Shown: positions 1 to 15,703, numbered from the stretch's first letter. The stretch is DNA of 64,000 bases from Auanema rhodensis (GCA_964057225.1 OZ059896.1:4712001-4776000), one strand, 5' to 3'. A program made the numbers and translations. The notes: generated from the sequence alone by a model not told the origin.

Positions 1-3000
1 CAAACAATCATAACTAATTTTTGTATTAAGCTTTCCTCAATGTAATATAGTGCATTCGATGCGGATTTTTAAGCTGCTTCGATCTGTGTTATCAGATTTG
101 CGCTAGCTTAAAAATGCACCGAGATATCAACTGATATAAGTTCACACTTATATCCTCGATTTTCACCCTGAAGAATTAATTTTTTCGTTGAATAACATTG
201 TCCATCGTTTTTGCCTCGAAAAAAGGAATCTAAAAACATCTACTTTTTGCTAAATTATCTTGAAATTTTTCGAAAAAATTTTTGTCAAAATGTTTTTGGA
301 AGCAATTTTGAGTGTACATGGAAACTCAACATACACTAATGCATCATTTTTCAAACAATCATAACTAATTTTTGTATTGAGCGTTTCTTAATGTATTATA
401 GTGCATTCGATGCGGATTTTTAAGCTGCTTCGATCTGTGTTATCAGATTTGCGCTAGCTTAAAAATGCACCGAGATATCAACTGATATAAGTTCACACTT
501 ATATCCTCGATTTTCACCCTGAAGAATTTATTTTTTCGTTGAATAACATTGTCCATCGTTTTTGCCTCGAAAAAAGGAATCTAAAAACATCTACTTTTTG
601 CTAAATTATCTTGAAATTTTTCGAAAAAATTTTTGTCAAAATGTTTTTGGAAGCAATTTTGAGTGTACATGGAAACTCAACATACACTAATGCATCATTT
701 TTCAAACAATCATAACTAATTTTTGTATTAAGCTTTCCTCAATGTAATATAGTGCATTCGATGCGGATTTTTAAGCTGCTTCGATCTGTGTTATTAGATT
801 TGCGCTAGCTTAAAAATGCACCGAGATATCAACTGATATAAGTTCACACTTATATCCTCGATTTTCACCCTGAAGAATTAATTTTTTCGTTGAATAACAT
901 TGTCCATCGTTTTTGCCTTGAAAGAAGGAATCTAAAAACATCTACTTTTTGCTAAATTATTTTGAAAAAATTTTTGTCAAAATGTTTTTGGAAGCAATTT
1001 TGAGTGTACATGGAAACTCAACATACACTAATGCATCATTTTTCAAACGATCATAACTAATTTTTGTGATGAGCGTTTCTCCATGTAGTATAATGCATTC
1101 GATGCGGATTTTTAAGCTGCGTCGATCTGTGTTATCAGATTTGCGCTAGCTTAAAAATGCACCGAGATATCAACTGATATAAGTTCACACTTATATCCTC
1201 GATTTTCACCCTGAAGAATTAATTTTTTCGTTGAATAACATTGTCCATCGTTTTTGCCTTGAAAGAAGGAATCTAAAAACATCTACTTTTTGCTAAATTA
1301 TTTTGAAATTTTTCGAAAAAATTTTTGTCAAAATGTTTTTGGAAGCAATTTTGAGTGTACATGGAAACTCAACATACACTAATGCATCATTTTTCAAACA
1401 ATCATAACTAATTTTTGTATTAAGCTTTCCTCAATGTAATATAGTGCATTCGATGCGGATTTTTAAGCTGCGTCGATCTGTGTTATCAGATTTGCGCTAG
1501 CTTAAAAATGCACCGAGATATCAACTGATATAAGTTCACACTTATATCCTCGATTTTCACCATGAAGAATTAATTTTTTCGTTGAATAACATTGTCCATC
1601 GTTTTTGCCTTGAAAAAAGGAATCTAAAAACATCTACTTTTTGCTAAATTATCTTGAAATTTTTCGAAAAAATTTTTGTCAAAATGTTTTTGGAAGCAAT
1701 TTTGAGTGTACATGGAAACTCAACATACACTAATGCATCATTTTTCAAACAATCATAACTAATTTTTGTATTAAGCTTTCCTCAATGTAATATAGTGCAT
1801 TCGATGCGGATTTTTAAGCTGCGTCGATCTGTGTTATCAGATTTGCGCTAGCTTAAAAATGCACCGAGATATCAACTGATATAAGTTCACACTTATATCC
1901 TCGATTTTCACCCTGAAGAATTAATTTTTTCGTTGAATAACATTGTCCATCGTTTTTGCCTTGAAAAAAGGAATCTAAAAACATCTACTTTTTGCTAAAT
2001 TATTTTGAAATTTTTCGAAAAAATTTTTGTCAAAATGTTTTTGGAAGCAATTTTGAGTGTACATGGAAACTCAACATACACTAATGCATCATTTTTCAAA
2101 CGATCATAACTAATTTTTGTATTGAGCGTTTCTTAATGTATTATAGTGCATTCGATGCGGATTTTTAAGCTGCTTCGATCTGTGTTATCAGATTTGCGCT
2201 AGCTTAAAAATGCACCGAGATATCAACTGATATAAGTTCACACTTATATCCTCGATTTTCACCCTGAAGAATTAATTTTTTCGTTGAATAACATTGTCCA
2301 TCGTTTTTGCCTCGAAAAAAGGAATCTAAAAACATCTACTTTTTGCTAAATTATCTTGAAATTTTTCGAAAAAATTTTTGTCAAAATGTTTTTGGAAGCA
2401 ATTTTGAGTGTACATGGAAACTCAACATACACTAATGCATCATTTTTCAAACAATCATAACTAATTTTTGTATTAAGCTTTCCTCAATGTAATATAGTGC
2501 ATTCGATGCGGATTTTTAAGCTGCGTCGATCTGTGTTATCAGATTTGCGCTAGCTTAAAAATGCACCGAGATATCAACTGATATAAGTTCACACTTATAT
2601 CCTCGATTTTCACCCTGAAGAATTAATTTTTTCGTTAAATAACATTGTCCATCGTTTTTGCCTTGAAAAAAGGAATCTAAAAACATCTACTTTTTGCTAA
2701 ATTATTTTGAAATTTTTCGAAAAAATTTTTGTCAAAATGTTTTTGGAAGCAATTTTGAGTGTACATGGAAACTCAACATACACTAATGCATCATTTTTCA
2801 AACGATCATAACTAATTTTTGTATTGAGCGTTTCTTAATCTATTATAGTGCATTCGATGCGGATTTTTAAGCTGCTTCGATCTGTGTTATCAGATTTGCG
2901 CTAGCTTAAAAATGCACCGAGATATCAACTGATATAAGTTCACACTTATATCCTCGATTTTCACCCTGAAGAATTAATTTTTTCGTTGAATAACATTGTC

Positions 3001-6000
3001 CATCGTTTTTGCCTTGAAAGAAGGAATCTAAAAACATCTACTTTTTGCTAAATTATTTTGAAATTTTTCGAAAAAATTTTTGTCAAAATGTTTTTGGAAG
3101 CAATGTTGAGTGTACATGGAAACTCAACATACACTAATGCATCATTTTTCAAACGATCATAACTAATTTTTGTATTAAGCTTTCCTCAATGTAATATAGT
3201 GCATTCGATGCGGACTTTTAAGCTGCGTCGATCTATGTTATCAGATTTGCGCTAGCTTAAAAATGCACCGAGATATCAACTGATATAAGTTCACACTTAT
3301 ATCCTCGATTTTCACCCTGAAGAATTAATTTTTTCGTTGAATAACATTGTCCATCGTTTTTGCCTTGAAAGAAGGAATCTAAAAACATCTACTTTTTGCT
3401 AAATTATTTTGAAATTTTTCGAAAAAATTTTTGTCAAAATGTTTTTGGAAGCAATGTTGAGTGTACATGGAAACTCAACATACACTAATGCATCATTTTT
3501 CAAACGATCATAACTAATTTTTGTATTGAGCGTTTCTTAATCTATTATAGTGCATTCGATGCGGATTTTTAAGCTGCTTCGATCTGTGTTATCAGATTTG
3601 CGCTAGCTTAAAAATGCACCGAGATATCAACTGATATAAGTTCACACTTATATCCTCGATTTTCACCCTGAAGAATTAATTTTTTCGTTGAATAACATTG
3701 TCCATCGTTTTTGCCTTGAAAGAAGGAATCTAAAAACATCTACTTTTTGCTAAATTATTTTGAAATTTTTCGAAAAAATTTTTGTCAAAATGTTTTTGGA
3801 AGCAATGTTGAGTGTACATGGAAACTCAACATACACTAATGCATCATTTTTCAAACGATCATAACTAATTTTTGTATTAAGCTTTCCTCAATGTAATATA
3901 GTGCATTCGATGCGGACTTTTAAGCTGCGTCGATCTATGTTATCAGATTTGCGCTAGCTTAAAAATGCACCGAGATATCAACTGATATAAGTTCACACTT
4001 ATATCCTCGATTTTCACCCTGAAGAATTAATTTTTTCGTTGAATAACATTGTCCATCGTTTTTGCCTTGAAAGATGGAATCTAAAAACATCTACTTTTTG
4101 CTAAATTATTTTGAAATTTTTCGAAAAAATTTTTGTCAAAATGTTTTTGGAAGCAATGTTGAGTGTACATGGAAACTCAACATACACTAATGCATCATTT
4201 TTCAAACGATCATAACTAATTTTTGTATTAAGCTTTTCTCAATGTAATATAGTGCATTCGATGCGGATTTTTAAGCTGCTTCGATCTGTGTTATCAGATT
4301 TGCGCTAGCTTAAAAATGCACCGAGATATCAACTGATATAAGTTCACACTTATATCCTCGATTTTCACCCTGAAGAATTAATTTTTTCGTTGAATAACAT
4401 TGTCCATCGTTTTTGCCTCGAAAAAAGGAATCTAAAAACATCTACTTTTTGCTAAATTATTTTGAAATTTTTCGAAAAAATTTTTGTCAAAATGTTTTTG
4501 GAAGCAATTTTGAGTGTACATGGAAACTCAACATACACTAATGCATCATTTTTCAAACAATCATAACTAATTTTTGTATTAAGCTTTCCTCAATGTAATA
4601 TAGTGCATTCGATGCGGATTTTTAAGCTGCGTCGATCTGTGTTATCAGATTTGCGCTAGCTTAAAAATGCACCGAGATATCAACTGATATAAGTTCACAC
4701 TTATATCCTCGATTTTCACCCTGAAGAATTAATTTTTTCGTTAAATAACATTGTCCATCGTTTTTGCCTTGAAAAAAGGAATCTAAAAACATCTACTTTT
4801 TGCTAAATTATTTTGAAATTTTTCGAAAAAATTTTTGTCAAAATGTTTTTGGAAGCAATTTTGAGTGTACATGGAAACTCAACATACACTAATGCATCAT
4901 TTTTCAAACGATCATAACTAATTTTTGTATTGAGCGTTTCTTAATCTATTATAGTGCATTCGATGCGGATTTTTAAGCTGCTTCGATCTGTGTTATCAGA
5001 TTTGCGCTAGCTTAAAAATGCACCGAGATATCAACTGATATAAGTTCACACTTATATCCTCGATTTTCACCCTGAAGAATTAATTTTTTCGTTGAATAAC
5101 ATTGTCCATCGTTTTTGCCTTGAAAGAAGGAATCTAAAAACATCTACTTTTTGCTAAATTATTTTGAAATTTTTCGAAAAAATTTTTGTCAAAATGTTTT
5201 TGGAAGCAATGTTGAGTGTACATGGAAACTCAACATACACTAATGCATCATTTTTCAAACGATCATAACTAATTTTTGTATTAAGCTTTCCTCAATGTAA
5301 TATAGTGCATTCGATGCGGACTTTTAAGCTGCGTCGATCTATGTTATCAGATTTGCGCTAGCTTAAAAATGCACCGAGATATCAACTGATATAAGTTCAC
5401 ACTTATATCCTCGATTTTCACCCTGAAGAATTAATTTTTTCGTTGAATAACATTGTCCATCGTTTTTGCCTTGAAAGAAGGAATCTAAAAACATCTACTT
5501 TTTGCTAAATTATTTTGAAATTTTTCGAAAAAATTTTTGTCAAAATGTTTTTGGAAGCAATGTTGAGTGTACATGGAAACTCAACATACACTAATGCATC
5601 ATTTTTCAAACGATCATAACTAATTTTTGTATTGAGCGTTTCTTAATCTATTATAGTGCATTCGATGCGGATTTTTAAGCTGCTTCGATCTGTGTTATCA
5701 GATTTGCGCTAGCTTAAAAATGCACCGAGATATCAACTGATATAAGTTCACACTTATATCCTCGATTTTCACCCTGAAGAATTAATTTTTTCGTTGAATA
5801 ACATTGTCCATCGTTTTTGCCTTGAAAGAAGGAATCTAAAAACATCTACTTTTTGCTAAATTATTTTGAAATTTTTCGAAAAAATTTTTGTCAAAATGTT
5901 TTTGGAAGCAATGTTGAGTGTACATGGAAACTCAACATACACTAATGCATCATTTTTCAAACGATCATAACTAATTTTTGTATTAAGCTTTCCTCAATGT

Positions 6001-9000
6001 AATATAGTGCATTCGATGCGGACTTTTAAGCTGCGTCGATCTATGTTATCAGATTTGCGCTAGCTTAAAAATGCACCGAGATATCAACTGATATAAGTTC
6101 ACACTTATATCCTCGATTTTCACCCTGAAGAATTAATTTTTTCGTTGAATAACATTGTCCATCGTTTTTGCCTTGAAAGATGGAATCTAAAAACATCTAC
6201 TTTTTGCTAAATTATTTTGAAATTTTTCGAAAAAATTTTTGTCAAAATGTTTTTGGAAGCAATGTTGAGTGTACATGGAAACTCAACATACACTAATGCA
6301 TCATTTTTCAAACGATCATAACTAATTTTTGTATTAAGCTTTTCTCAATGTAATATAGTGCATTCGATGCGGATTTTTAAGCTGCTTCGATCTGTGTTAT
6401 CAGATTTGCGCTAGCTTAAAAATGCACCGAGATATCAACTGATATAAGTTCACACTTATATCCTCGATTTTCACCCTGAAGAATTAATTTTTTCGTTGAA
6501 TAACATTGTCCATCGTTTTTGCCTCGAAAAAAGGAATCTAAAAACATCTACTTTTTGCTAAATTATTTTGAAATTTTTCGAAAAAATTTTTGTCAAAATG
6601 TTTTTGGAAGCAATTTTGAGTGTACATGGAAACTCAACATACACTAATGCATCATTTTTCAAACAATCATAACTAATTTTTGTATTAAGCTTTCCTCAAT
6701 GTAATATAGTGCATTCGATGCGGATTTTTAAGCTGCGTCGATCTGTGTTATTAGATTTGCGCTAGCTTAAAAATGCACCGAGATATCAACTGATATAAGT
6801 TCACACTTATATCCTCGATTTTCACCCTGAAGAATTAATTTTTTCGTTAAATAACATTGTCCATCGTTTTTGCCTTGAAAAAAGGAATCTAAAAACATCT
6901 ACTTTTTGCTAAATTATTTTGAAATTTTTCGAAAAAATTTTTGTCAAAATGTTTTTGGAAGCAATTTTGAGTGTACATGGAAACTCAACATACACTAATG
7001 CATCATTTTTCAAACGATCATAACTAATTTTTGTATTGAGCGTTTCTTAATCTATTATAGTGCATTCGATGCGGATTTTTAAGCTGCTTCGATCTGTGTT
7101 ATCAGATTTGCGCTAGCTTAAAAATGCACCGAGATATCAACTGATATAAGTTCACACTTATATCCTCGATTTTCACCCTGAAGAATTAATTTTTTCGTTG
7201 AATAACATTGTCCATCGTTTTTGCCTTGAAAGAAGGAATCTAAAAACATCTACTTTTTGCTAAATTATTTTGAAATTTTTCGAAAAAATTTTTGTCAAAA
7301 TGTTTTTGGAAGCAATGTTGAGTGTACATGGAAACTCAACATACACTAATGCATCATTTTTCAAACGATCATAACTAATTTTTGTATTAAGCTTTCCTCA
7401 ATGTAATATAGTGCATTCGATGCGGACTTTTAAGCTGCGTCGATCTATGTTATCAGATTTGCGCTAGCTTAAAAATGCACCGAGATATCAACTGATATAA
7501 GTTCACACTTATATCCTCGATTTTCACCCTGAAGAATTAATTTTTTCGTTGAATAACATTGTCCATCGTTTTTGCCTTGAAAGATGGAATCTAAAAACAT
7601 CTACTTTTTGCTAAATTATTTTGAAATTTTTCGAAAAAATTTTTGTCAAAATGTTTTTGGAAGCAATTTTGAGTGTACATGGAAACTCAACATACACTAA
7701 TGCATCATTTTTCAAACGATCATAACTAATTTTTGTATTAAGCTTTTCTCAATGTAATATAGTGCATTCGATGCGGTTTTTTAAGCTGCGTCGATCTGTG
7801 TTATCAGATTTGCGCTAGCTTAAAAATGCACCGAGATATTAACTGATATAAGTTCACACTTATATCCTCGATTTTCACCCTGAAGAATTACTTTTTTCGT
7901 TGAATAACATTGTCCATCGTTTTTGCCTCAAAAAAAGGAATCTAAAAACATCTACTTTTTGCGAAATTATTTTGAAATTTTTCGAAAAAGTTTTGTCAAA
8001 ATGTTTTTGGAAGCAATGTTGAGTGTACATGGAAACTCAACATACACTAATGCATCATTTTTCAAACGATCATAACTAATTTTTGTGATGAGCGTTTCTC
8101 CATGTAGTATAATGCATTCGATGCGGATTTTTAAGCTGCTTCGATCTGTGTTATCAGATTTGCGCTAGCTTAAAAATGCACCGAGATATCAACTGATATA
8201 AGTTCACACTTATATCCTCGATTTTCACCCTGAAGAATTAATTTTTTCGTTGAATAACATTGTCCATCGTTTTTGCCTCGAAAAAAGGAATCTAAAAACA
8301 TCTACTTTTTGCTAAATTATTTTGAAATTTTTCGAAAAAATTTTTGTCAAAATGTTTTTGGAAGCAATTTTGAGTGTACATGGAAACTCAACATACACTA
8401 ATGCATCATTTTTCAAACGATCATAACTAATTTTTGTATTAAGCTTTTCTTAATGTAGTATAGTGCATTCGATGCGGACTTTTAAGCTGCGTCGATCTGT
8501 GTTATCAGATTTCCGCTAGCTTAAAAATGCACCGATATATCAACTGATATAAGTTCACACTTATATCCTCGATTTTCACCCTGAAGAATTAATTTTTTCG
8601 TTGGATAACATTGTCCATCGTTTTTGCCTTGAAAAAAGGAATCTAAAAACATCTACTTTTTGCTAAATTATTTTGAAATTTTTCGAAAAAATTTTTGTCA
8701 AAATGTTTTTGGAAGCAATGTTGAGTGTACATGGAAACTCAACATACACTAATGCATCATTTTTCAAACGATCATAACTAATTTTTGTGATGAGCGTTTC
8801 TCCATGTAGTATAGTGCATTCGATGCGGATTTTTAAGCTGCGTCGATCTATGTTATCAGATTTGCGCTAGCTTAAAAATGCACCGAGATATCAACTGATA
8901 TAAGTTCACACTTATATCCTCGATTTTCACCCTGAAGAATTAATTTTTTCGTTGAATAACATTGTCCATCGTTTTTGCCTTGAAAGAAGGAATCTAAAAA

Positions 9001-12000
9001 CATCTACTTTTTGCTAAATTATTTTGAAATTTTTCGAAAAAATTTTTGTCAAAATGTTTTTGGAAGCAATGTTGAGTGTACATGGAAACTCAACATACAC
9101 TAATGCATCATTTTTCAAACGATCATAACTAATTTTTGTGATGAGCGTTTCTCCATGTAGTATAATGCATTCGATGCGGATTTTTAAGCTGCTTCGATCT
9201 GTGTTATCAGATTTGCGCTAGCTTAAAAATGCACCGAGATATCAACTGATATAAGTTCACACTTATATCCTCGATTTTCACCCTGAAGAATTAATTTTTT
9301 CGTTGAATAACATTGTCCATCGTTTTTGCCTTGAAAGATGGAATCTAAAAACATCTACTTTTTGCTAAATTATTTTGAAATTTTTCGAAAAAATTTTTGT
9401 CAAAATGTTTTTGGAAGCAATTTTGAGTGTACATGGAAACTCAACATACACTAATGCATCATTTTTCAAACGATCATAACTAATTTTTGTATTAAGCTTT
9501 TCTCAATGTAATATAGTGCATTCGATGCGGTTTTTTAAGCTGCGTCGATCTGTGTTATCAGATTTGCGCTAGCTTAAAAATGCACCGAGATATTAACTGA
9601 TATAAGTTCACACTTATATCCTCGATTTTCACCCTGAAGAATTAATTTTTTCGTTGAATAACATTGTCCATCGTTTTTGCCTCAAAAAAAGGAATCTAAA
9701 AACATCTACTTTTTGCGAAATTATTTTGAAATTTTTCGAAAAAGTTTTGTCAAAATGTTTTTGGAAGCAATGTTGAGTGTACATGGAAACTCAACATACA
9801 CTAATGCATCATTTTTCAAACGATCATAACTAATTTTTGTGATGAGCGTTTCTCCATGTAGTATAATGCATTCGATGCGGATTTTTAAGCTGCTTCGATC
9901 TGTGTTATCAGATTTGCGCTAGCTTAAAAATGCACCGAGATATCAACTGATATAAGTTCACACTTATATCCTCGATTTTCACCCTGAAGAATTAATTTTT
10001 TCGTTGAATAACATTGTCCATCGTTTTTGCCTCGAAAAAAGGAATCTAAAAACATCTACTTTTTGCTAAATTATTTTGAAATTTTTCGAAAAAATTTTTG
10101 TCAAAATGTTTTTGGAAGCAATTTTGAGTGTACATGGAAACTCAACATACACTAATGCATCATTTTTCAAACGATCATAACTAATTTTTGTATTAAGCTT
10201 TTCTTAATGTAGTATAGTGCATTCGATGCGGACTTTTAAGCTGCGTCGATCTGTGTTATCAGATTTCCGCTAGCTTAAAAATGCACCGATATATCAACTG
10301 ATATAAGTTCACACTTATATCCTCGATTTTCACCCTGAAGAATTAATTTTTTCGTTGGATAACATTGTCCATCGTTTTTGCCTTGAAAAAAGGAATCTAA
10401 AAACATCTACTTTTTGCTAAATTATTTTGAAATTTTTCGAAAAAATTTTTGTCAAAATGTTTTTGGAAGCAATGTTGAGTGTACATGGAAACTCAACATA
10501 CACTAATGCATCATTTTTCAAACGATCATAACTAATTTTTGTATTAAGCTTTTCTTAATGTAGTATAGTGCATTCGATGCGGACTTTTAAGCTGCGTCGA
10601 TCTGTGTTATCAGATTTCCGCTAGCTTAAAAATGCACCGAGATATCAACTGATATAAGTTCACACTTATATCCTCGATTTTCACCCTGAAGAATTAATTT
10701 TTTCGTTGAATAACATTGTCCATCGTTTTTGCCTCGAAAAAAGGAATCTAAAAACATCTACTTTTTGCTAAATTATTTTGAAATTTTTCGAAAAAATTTT
10801 TGTCAAAATGTTTTTGGAAGCAATTTTGAGTGTACATGGAAACTCAACATACACTAATGCATCATTTTTCGAACGATCATAACTAATTTTTGTATTAAGC
10901 TTTTCTTAATGTAGTATAGTGCATTCGATGCGGACTTTTAAGCTGCGTCGATCTGTGTTATCAGATTTCCGCTAGCTTAAAAATGCACCGATATATCAAC
11001 TGATATAAGTTCACACTTATATCCTCGATTTTCACCCTGAAGAATTAATTTTTTCGTTGGATAACATTGTCCATCGTTTTTGCCTTGAAAAAAGGAATCT
11101 AAAAACATCTACTTTTTGCTAAATTATTTTGAAATTTTTCGAAAAAATTTTTGTCAAAATGTTTTTGGAAGCAATGTTGAGTGTACATGGAAACTCAACA
11201 TACACTAATGCATCATTTTTCAAACGATCATAACTAATTTTTGTGATGAGCGTTTCTCCATGTAGTATAGTGCATTCGATGCGGATTTTTAAGCTGCGTC
11301 GATCTATGTTATCAGATTTGCGCTAGCTTAAAAATGCACCGAGATATCAACTGATATAAGTTCACACTTATATCCTCGATTTTCACCCTGAAGAATTAAT
11401 TTTTTCGTTGAATAACATTGTCCATCGTTTTTGCCTTGAAAGAAGGAATCTAAAAACATCTACTTTTTGCTAAATTATTTTGAAATTTTTCGAAAAAATT
11501 TTTGTCAAAATGTTTTTGGAAGCAATGTTGAGTGTACATGGAAACTCAACATACACTAATGCATCATTTTTCAAACGATCATAACTAATTTTTGTGATGA
11601 GCGTTTCTCCATGTAGTATAATGCATTCGATGCGGATTTTTAAGCTGCTTCGATCTGTGTTATCAGATTTGCGCTAGCTTAAAAATGCACCGAGATATCA
11701 ACTGATATAAGTTCACACTTATATCCTCGATTTTCACCCTGAAGAATTAATTTTTTCGTTGAATAACATTGTCCATCGTTTTTGCCTTGAAAGATGGAAT
11801 CTAAAAACATCTACTTTTTGCTAAATTATTTTGAAATTTTTCGAAAAAATTTTTGTCAAAATGTTTTTGGAAGCAATTTTGAGTGTACATGGAAACTCAA
11901 CATACACTAATGCATCATTTTTCAAACGATCATAACTAATTTTTGTATTAAGCTTTTCTCAATGTAATATAGTGCATTCGATGCGGTTTTTTAAGCTGCG

Positions 12001-15000
12001 TCGATCTGTGTTATCAGATTTGCGCTAGCTTAAAAATGCACCGAGATATTAACTGATATAAGTTCACACTTATATCCTCGATTTTCACCCTGAAGAATTA
12101 ATTTTTTCGTTGAATAACATTGTCCATCGTTTTTGCCTCAAAAAAAGGAATCTAAAAACATCTACTTTTTGCGAAATTATTTTGAAATTTTTCGAAAAAG
12201 TTTTGTCAAAATGTTTTTGGAAGCAATGTTGAGTGTACATGGAAACTCAACATTCACTAATGCATCATTTTTCAAACGATCATAACTAATTTTTGTGATG
12301 AGCGTTTCTCCATGTAGTATAATGCATTCGATGCGGATTTTTAAGCTGCTTCGATCTGTGTTATCAGATTTGCGCTAGCTTAAAAATGCACCGAGATATC
12401 AACTGATATAAGTTCACACTTATATCCTCGATTTTCACCCTGAAGAATTAATTTTTTCGTTGAATAACATTGTCCATCGTTTTTGCCTCGAAAAAAGGAA
12501 TCTAAAAACATCTACTTTTTGCTAAATTAATTTGAAATTTTTCGAAAAAATTTTTGTCAAAATGTTTTTGGAAGCAATTTTGAGTGTACATGGAAACTCA
12601 ACATACACTAATGCATCATTTTTCAAACGATCATAACTAATTTTTGTATTAAGCTTTTCTTAATGTAGTATAGTGCATTCGATGCGGACTTTTAAGCTGC
12701 GTCGATCTGTGTTATCAGATTTCCGCTAGCTTAAAAATGCACCGATATATCAACTGATATAAGTTCACACTTATATCCTCGATTTTCACCCTGAAGAATT
12801 AATTTTTTCGTTGGATAACATTGTCCATCGTTTTTGCCTTGAAAAAAGGAATCTAAAAACATCTACTTTTTGCTAAATTATTTTGAAATTTTTCGAAAAA
12901 ATTTTTGTCAAAATGTTTTTGGAAGCAATGTTGAGTGTACATGGAAACTCAACATACACTAATGCATCATTTTTCAAACGATCATAACTAATTTTTGTGA
13001 TGAGCGTTTCTCCATGTAGTATAGTGCATTCGATGCGGATTTTTAAGCTGCGTCGATCTATGTTATCAGATTTGCGCTAGCTTAAAAATGCACCGAGATA
13101 TCAACTGATATAAGTTCACACTTATATCCTCGATTTTCACCCTGAAGAATTAATTTTTTCGTTGAATAACATTGTCCATCGTTTTTGCCTTGAAAGAAGG
13201 AATCTAAAAACATCTACTTTTTGCTAAATTATTTTGAAATTTTTCGAAAAAATTTTTGTCAAAATGTTTTTGGAAGCAATGTTGAGTGTACATGGAAACT
13301 CAACATACACTAATGCATCATTTTTCAAACGATCATAACTAATTTTTGTATTAAGCTTTTCTTAATGTAGTATAGTGCATTCGATGCGGACTTTTAAGCT
13401 GCGTCGATCTGTGTTATCAGATTTCCGCTAGCTTAAAAATGCACCGATATATCAACTGATATAAGTTCACACTTATATCCTCGATTTTCACCCTGAAGAA
13501 TTAATTTTTTCGTTGGATAACATTGTCCATCGTTTTTGCCTTGAAAAAAGGAATCTAAAAACATCTACTTTTTGCTAAATTATTTTGAAATTTTTCGAAA
13601 AAATTTTTGTCAAAATGTTTTTGGAAGCAATGTTGAGTGTACATGGAAACTCAACATACACTAATGCATCATTTTTCAAACGATCATAACTAATTTTTGT
13701 ATTAAGCTTTTCTTAATGTAGTATAGTGCATTCGATGCGGACTTTTAAGCTGCGTCGATCTATGTTATCAGATTTGCGCTAGCTTAAAAATGCACCGAGA
13801 TATCAACTGATATAAGTTCACACTTATATCCTCGATTTTCACCCTGAAGAATTAATTTTTTCGTTGAATAACATTGTCCATCGTTTTTGCCTTGAAAGAA
13901 GGAATCTAAAAACATCTACTTTTTGCTAAATTATTTTGAAATTTTTCGAAAAAATTTTTGTCAAAATGTTTTTGGAAGCAATTTTGAGTGTACATGGAAA
14001 CTCAACATACACTAATGCATCATTTTTCAAACGATCATAACTAATTTTTGTATTAAGCTTTTCTTAATGTAGTATAGTGCATTCGATGCGGACTTTTAAG
14101 CTGCGTCGATCTGTGTTATCAGATTTCCGCTAGCTTAAAAATGCACCGAGATATCAACTGATATAAGTTCACACTTATATCCTCGATTTTCACCCTGAAG
14201 AATTAATTTTTTCGTTGAATAACATTCTCCATCGTTTTTGCCTTGAAAGAAGGAATCTAAAAACATCTACTTTTTGCTAAATTATTTTGAAATTTTTCGA
14301 AAAAATTTTTGTCAAAATGTTTTTGGAAGCAATGTTGAGTGTACATGGAAACTCAACATACACTAATGCATCATTTTTCAAACGATCATAACTAATTTTT
14401 GTATTAAGCTTTCCTCAATGTAATATAGTGCATTCGATGCGGATTTTTAAGCTGCATCGATCTGTGTTATCAGATTTGCGCTAGCTTAAAAATGCACCGA
14501 GATATTAACTGATATAAGTTCACACTTATATCCTCGATTTTCACCCTGAAGAATTAATTTTTTCGTTGAATAACATTGTCCATCGTTTTTGCCTCAAAAA
14601 AAGGAATCTAAAAACATCTACTTTTTGCGAAATTATTTTGAAATTTTTCGAAAAAATTTTGTCAAAATGTTTTTGGAAGCAATGTTGAGTGTACATGGAA
14701 ACTCAACATACACTAATGCATCATTTTTCAAACGATCATAACTAATTTTTGTGATGAGCGTTTCTCCATGTAGTATAATGCATTCGATGCGGATTTTTAA
14801 GCTGCGTCGATCTGTGTTATCAGATTTGCGCTAGCTTAAAAATGCACCGAGATATCAACTGATATAAGTTCACACTTATATCCTCGATTTTCACCCTGAA
14901 GAATTAATTTTTTCGTTGAATAACATTGTCCATCGTTTTTGCCTTGAAAAAAGGAATCTAAAAACATCTACTTTTTGCTAAATTATTTTGAAATTTTTCG

Positions 15001-15682
15001 AAAAAATTTTTGTCAAAATGTTTTTGGAAGCAATTTTGAGTGTACATGGAAACTCAACATACACTAATGCATCATTTTTCAAACGATCATAACTAATTTT
15101 TGTATTAAGCTTTTCTTATTGTAGTATAGTGCATTCGATGCGGACTTTTAAGCTGCGTCGATCTGTGTTATCAGATTTCCGCTAGCTTAAAAATGCACCG
15201 AGATATCAACTGATATAAGTTCACACTTATATTCTCGATTTTCACCCTGAAGAATTAATTTTTTCGTTGGATAACATTGTCCATCGTTTTTGCCTCAAAA
15301 AAAGGAATCTAAAAACATCTACTTTTTGCGAAATTATTTTGAAATTTTTCGAAAAAATTTTGTCAATATAAGTTCACACTTATATCCTCGATTTTCACCC
15401 TGAAGAATTAATTTTTTCGTTGAATAACATTGTCCATCGTTTTTGCCTCGAAAAAAGGAATCTAGAAACACCTACTTTTCGCTAAATTATTTTGAAATTT
15501 TTCGAAAAAATTTTTGTCAAAATGTTTTTGGAAGCAATTTTGAGTGTACATGGAAACGCAACCTACACTAATGCATCATTTTTCAAACGATCATAACTAA
15601 TTTTTGTATTAAGCTTTTCTTAATGTAGTATAGTGCATTCGATGCGGACTTTTAAGCTGCGTCGATCTGTGTTATCAGATTT
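1..15682 (-). repeat. 351-bp satellite array, left subfamily (~44-45 monomers, runs off the window edge)
   Basis: CAAAC(A/G)ATCATAACTAA recurs at 1, 352, 703 and onward. The array is the reverse complement of the one at 35912-64000. Diagnostic variants on the + strand: TTTTTGCTAAATT, CGTTTTTGCC, TTTTTCGAAAAAA. It ends at ...GTTATCAGATTT. Confidence 0.98.
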
Positions 15683-15703
15683 ACTTCAACTTCTAATCAA
15701 CAA

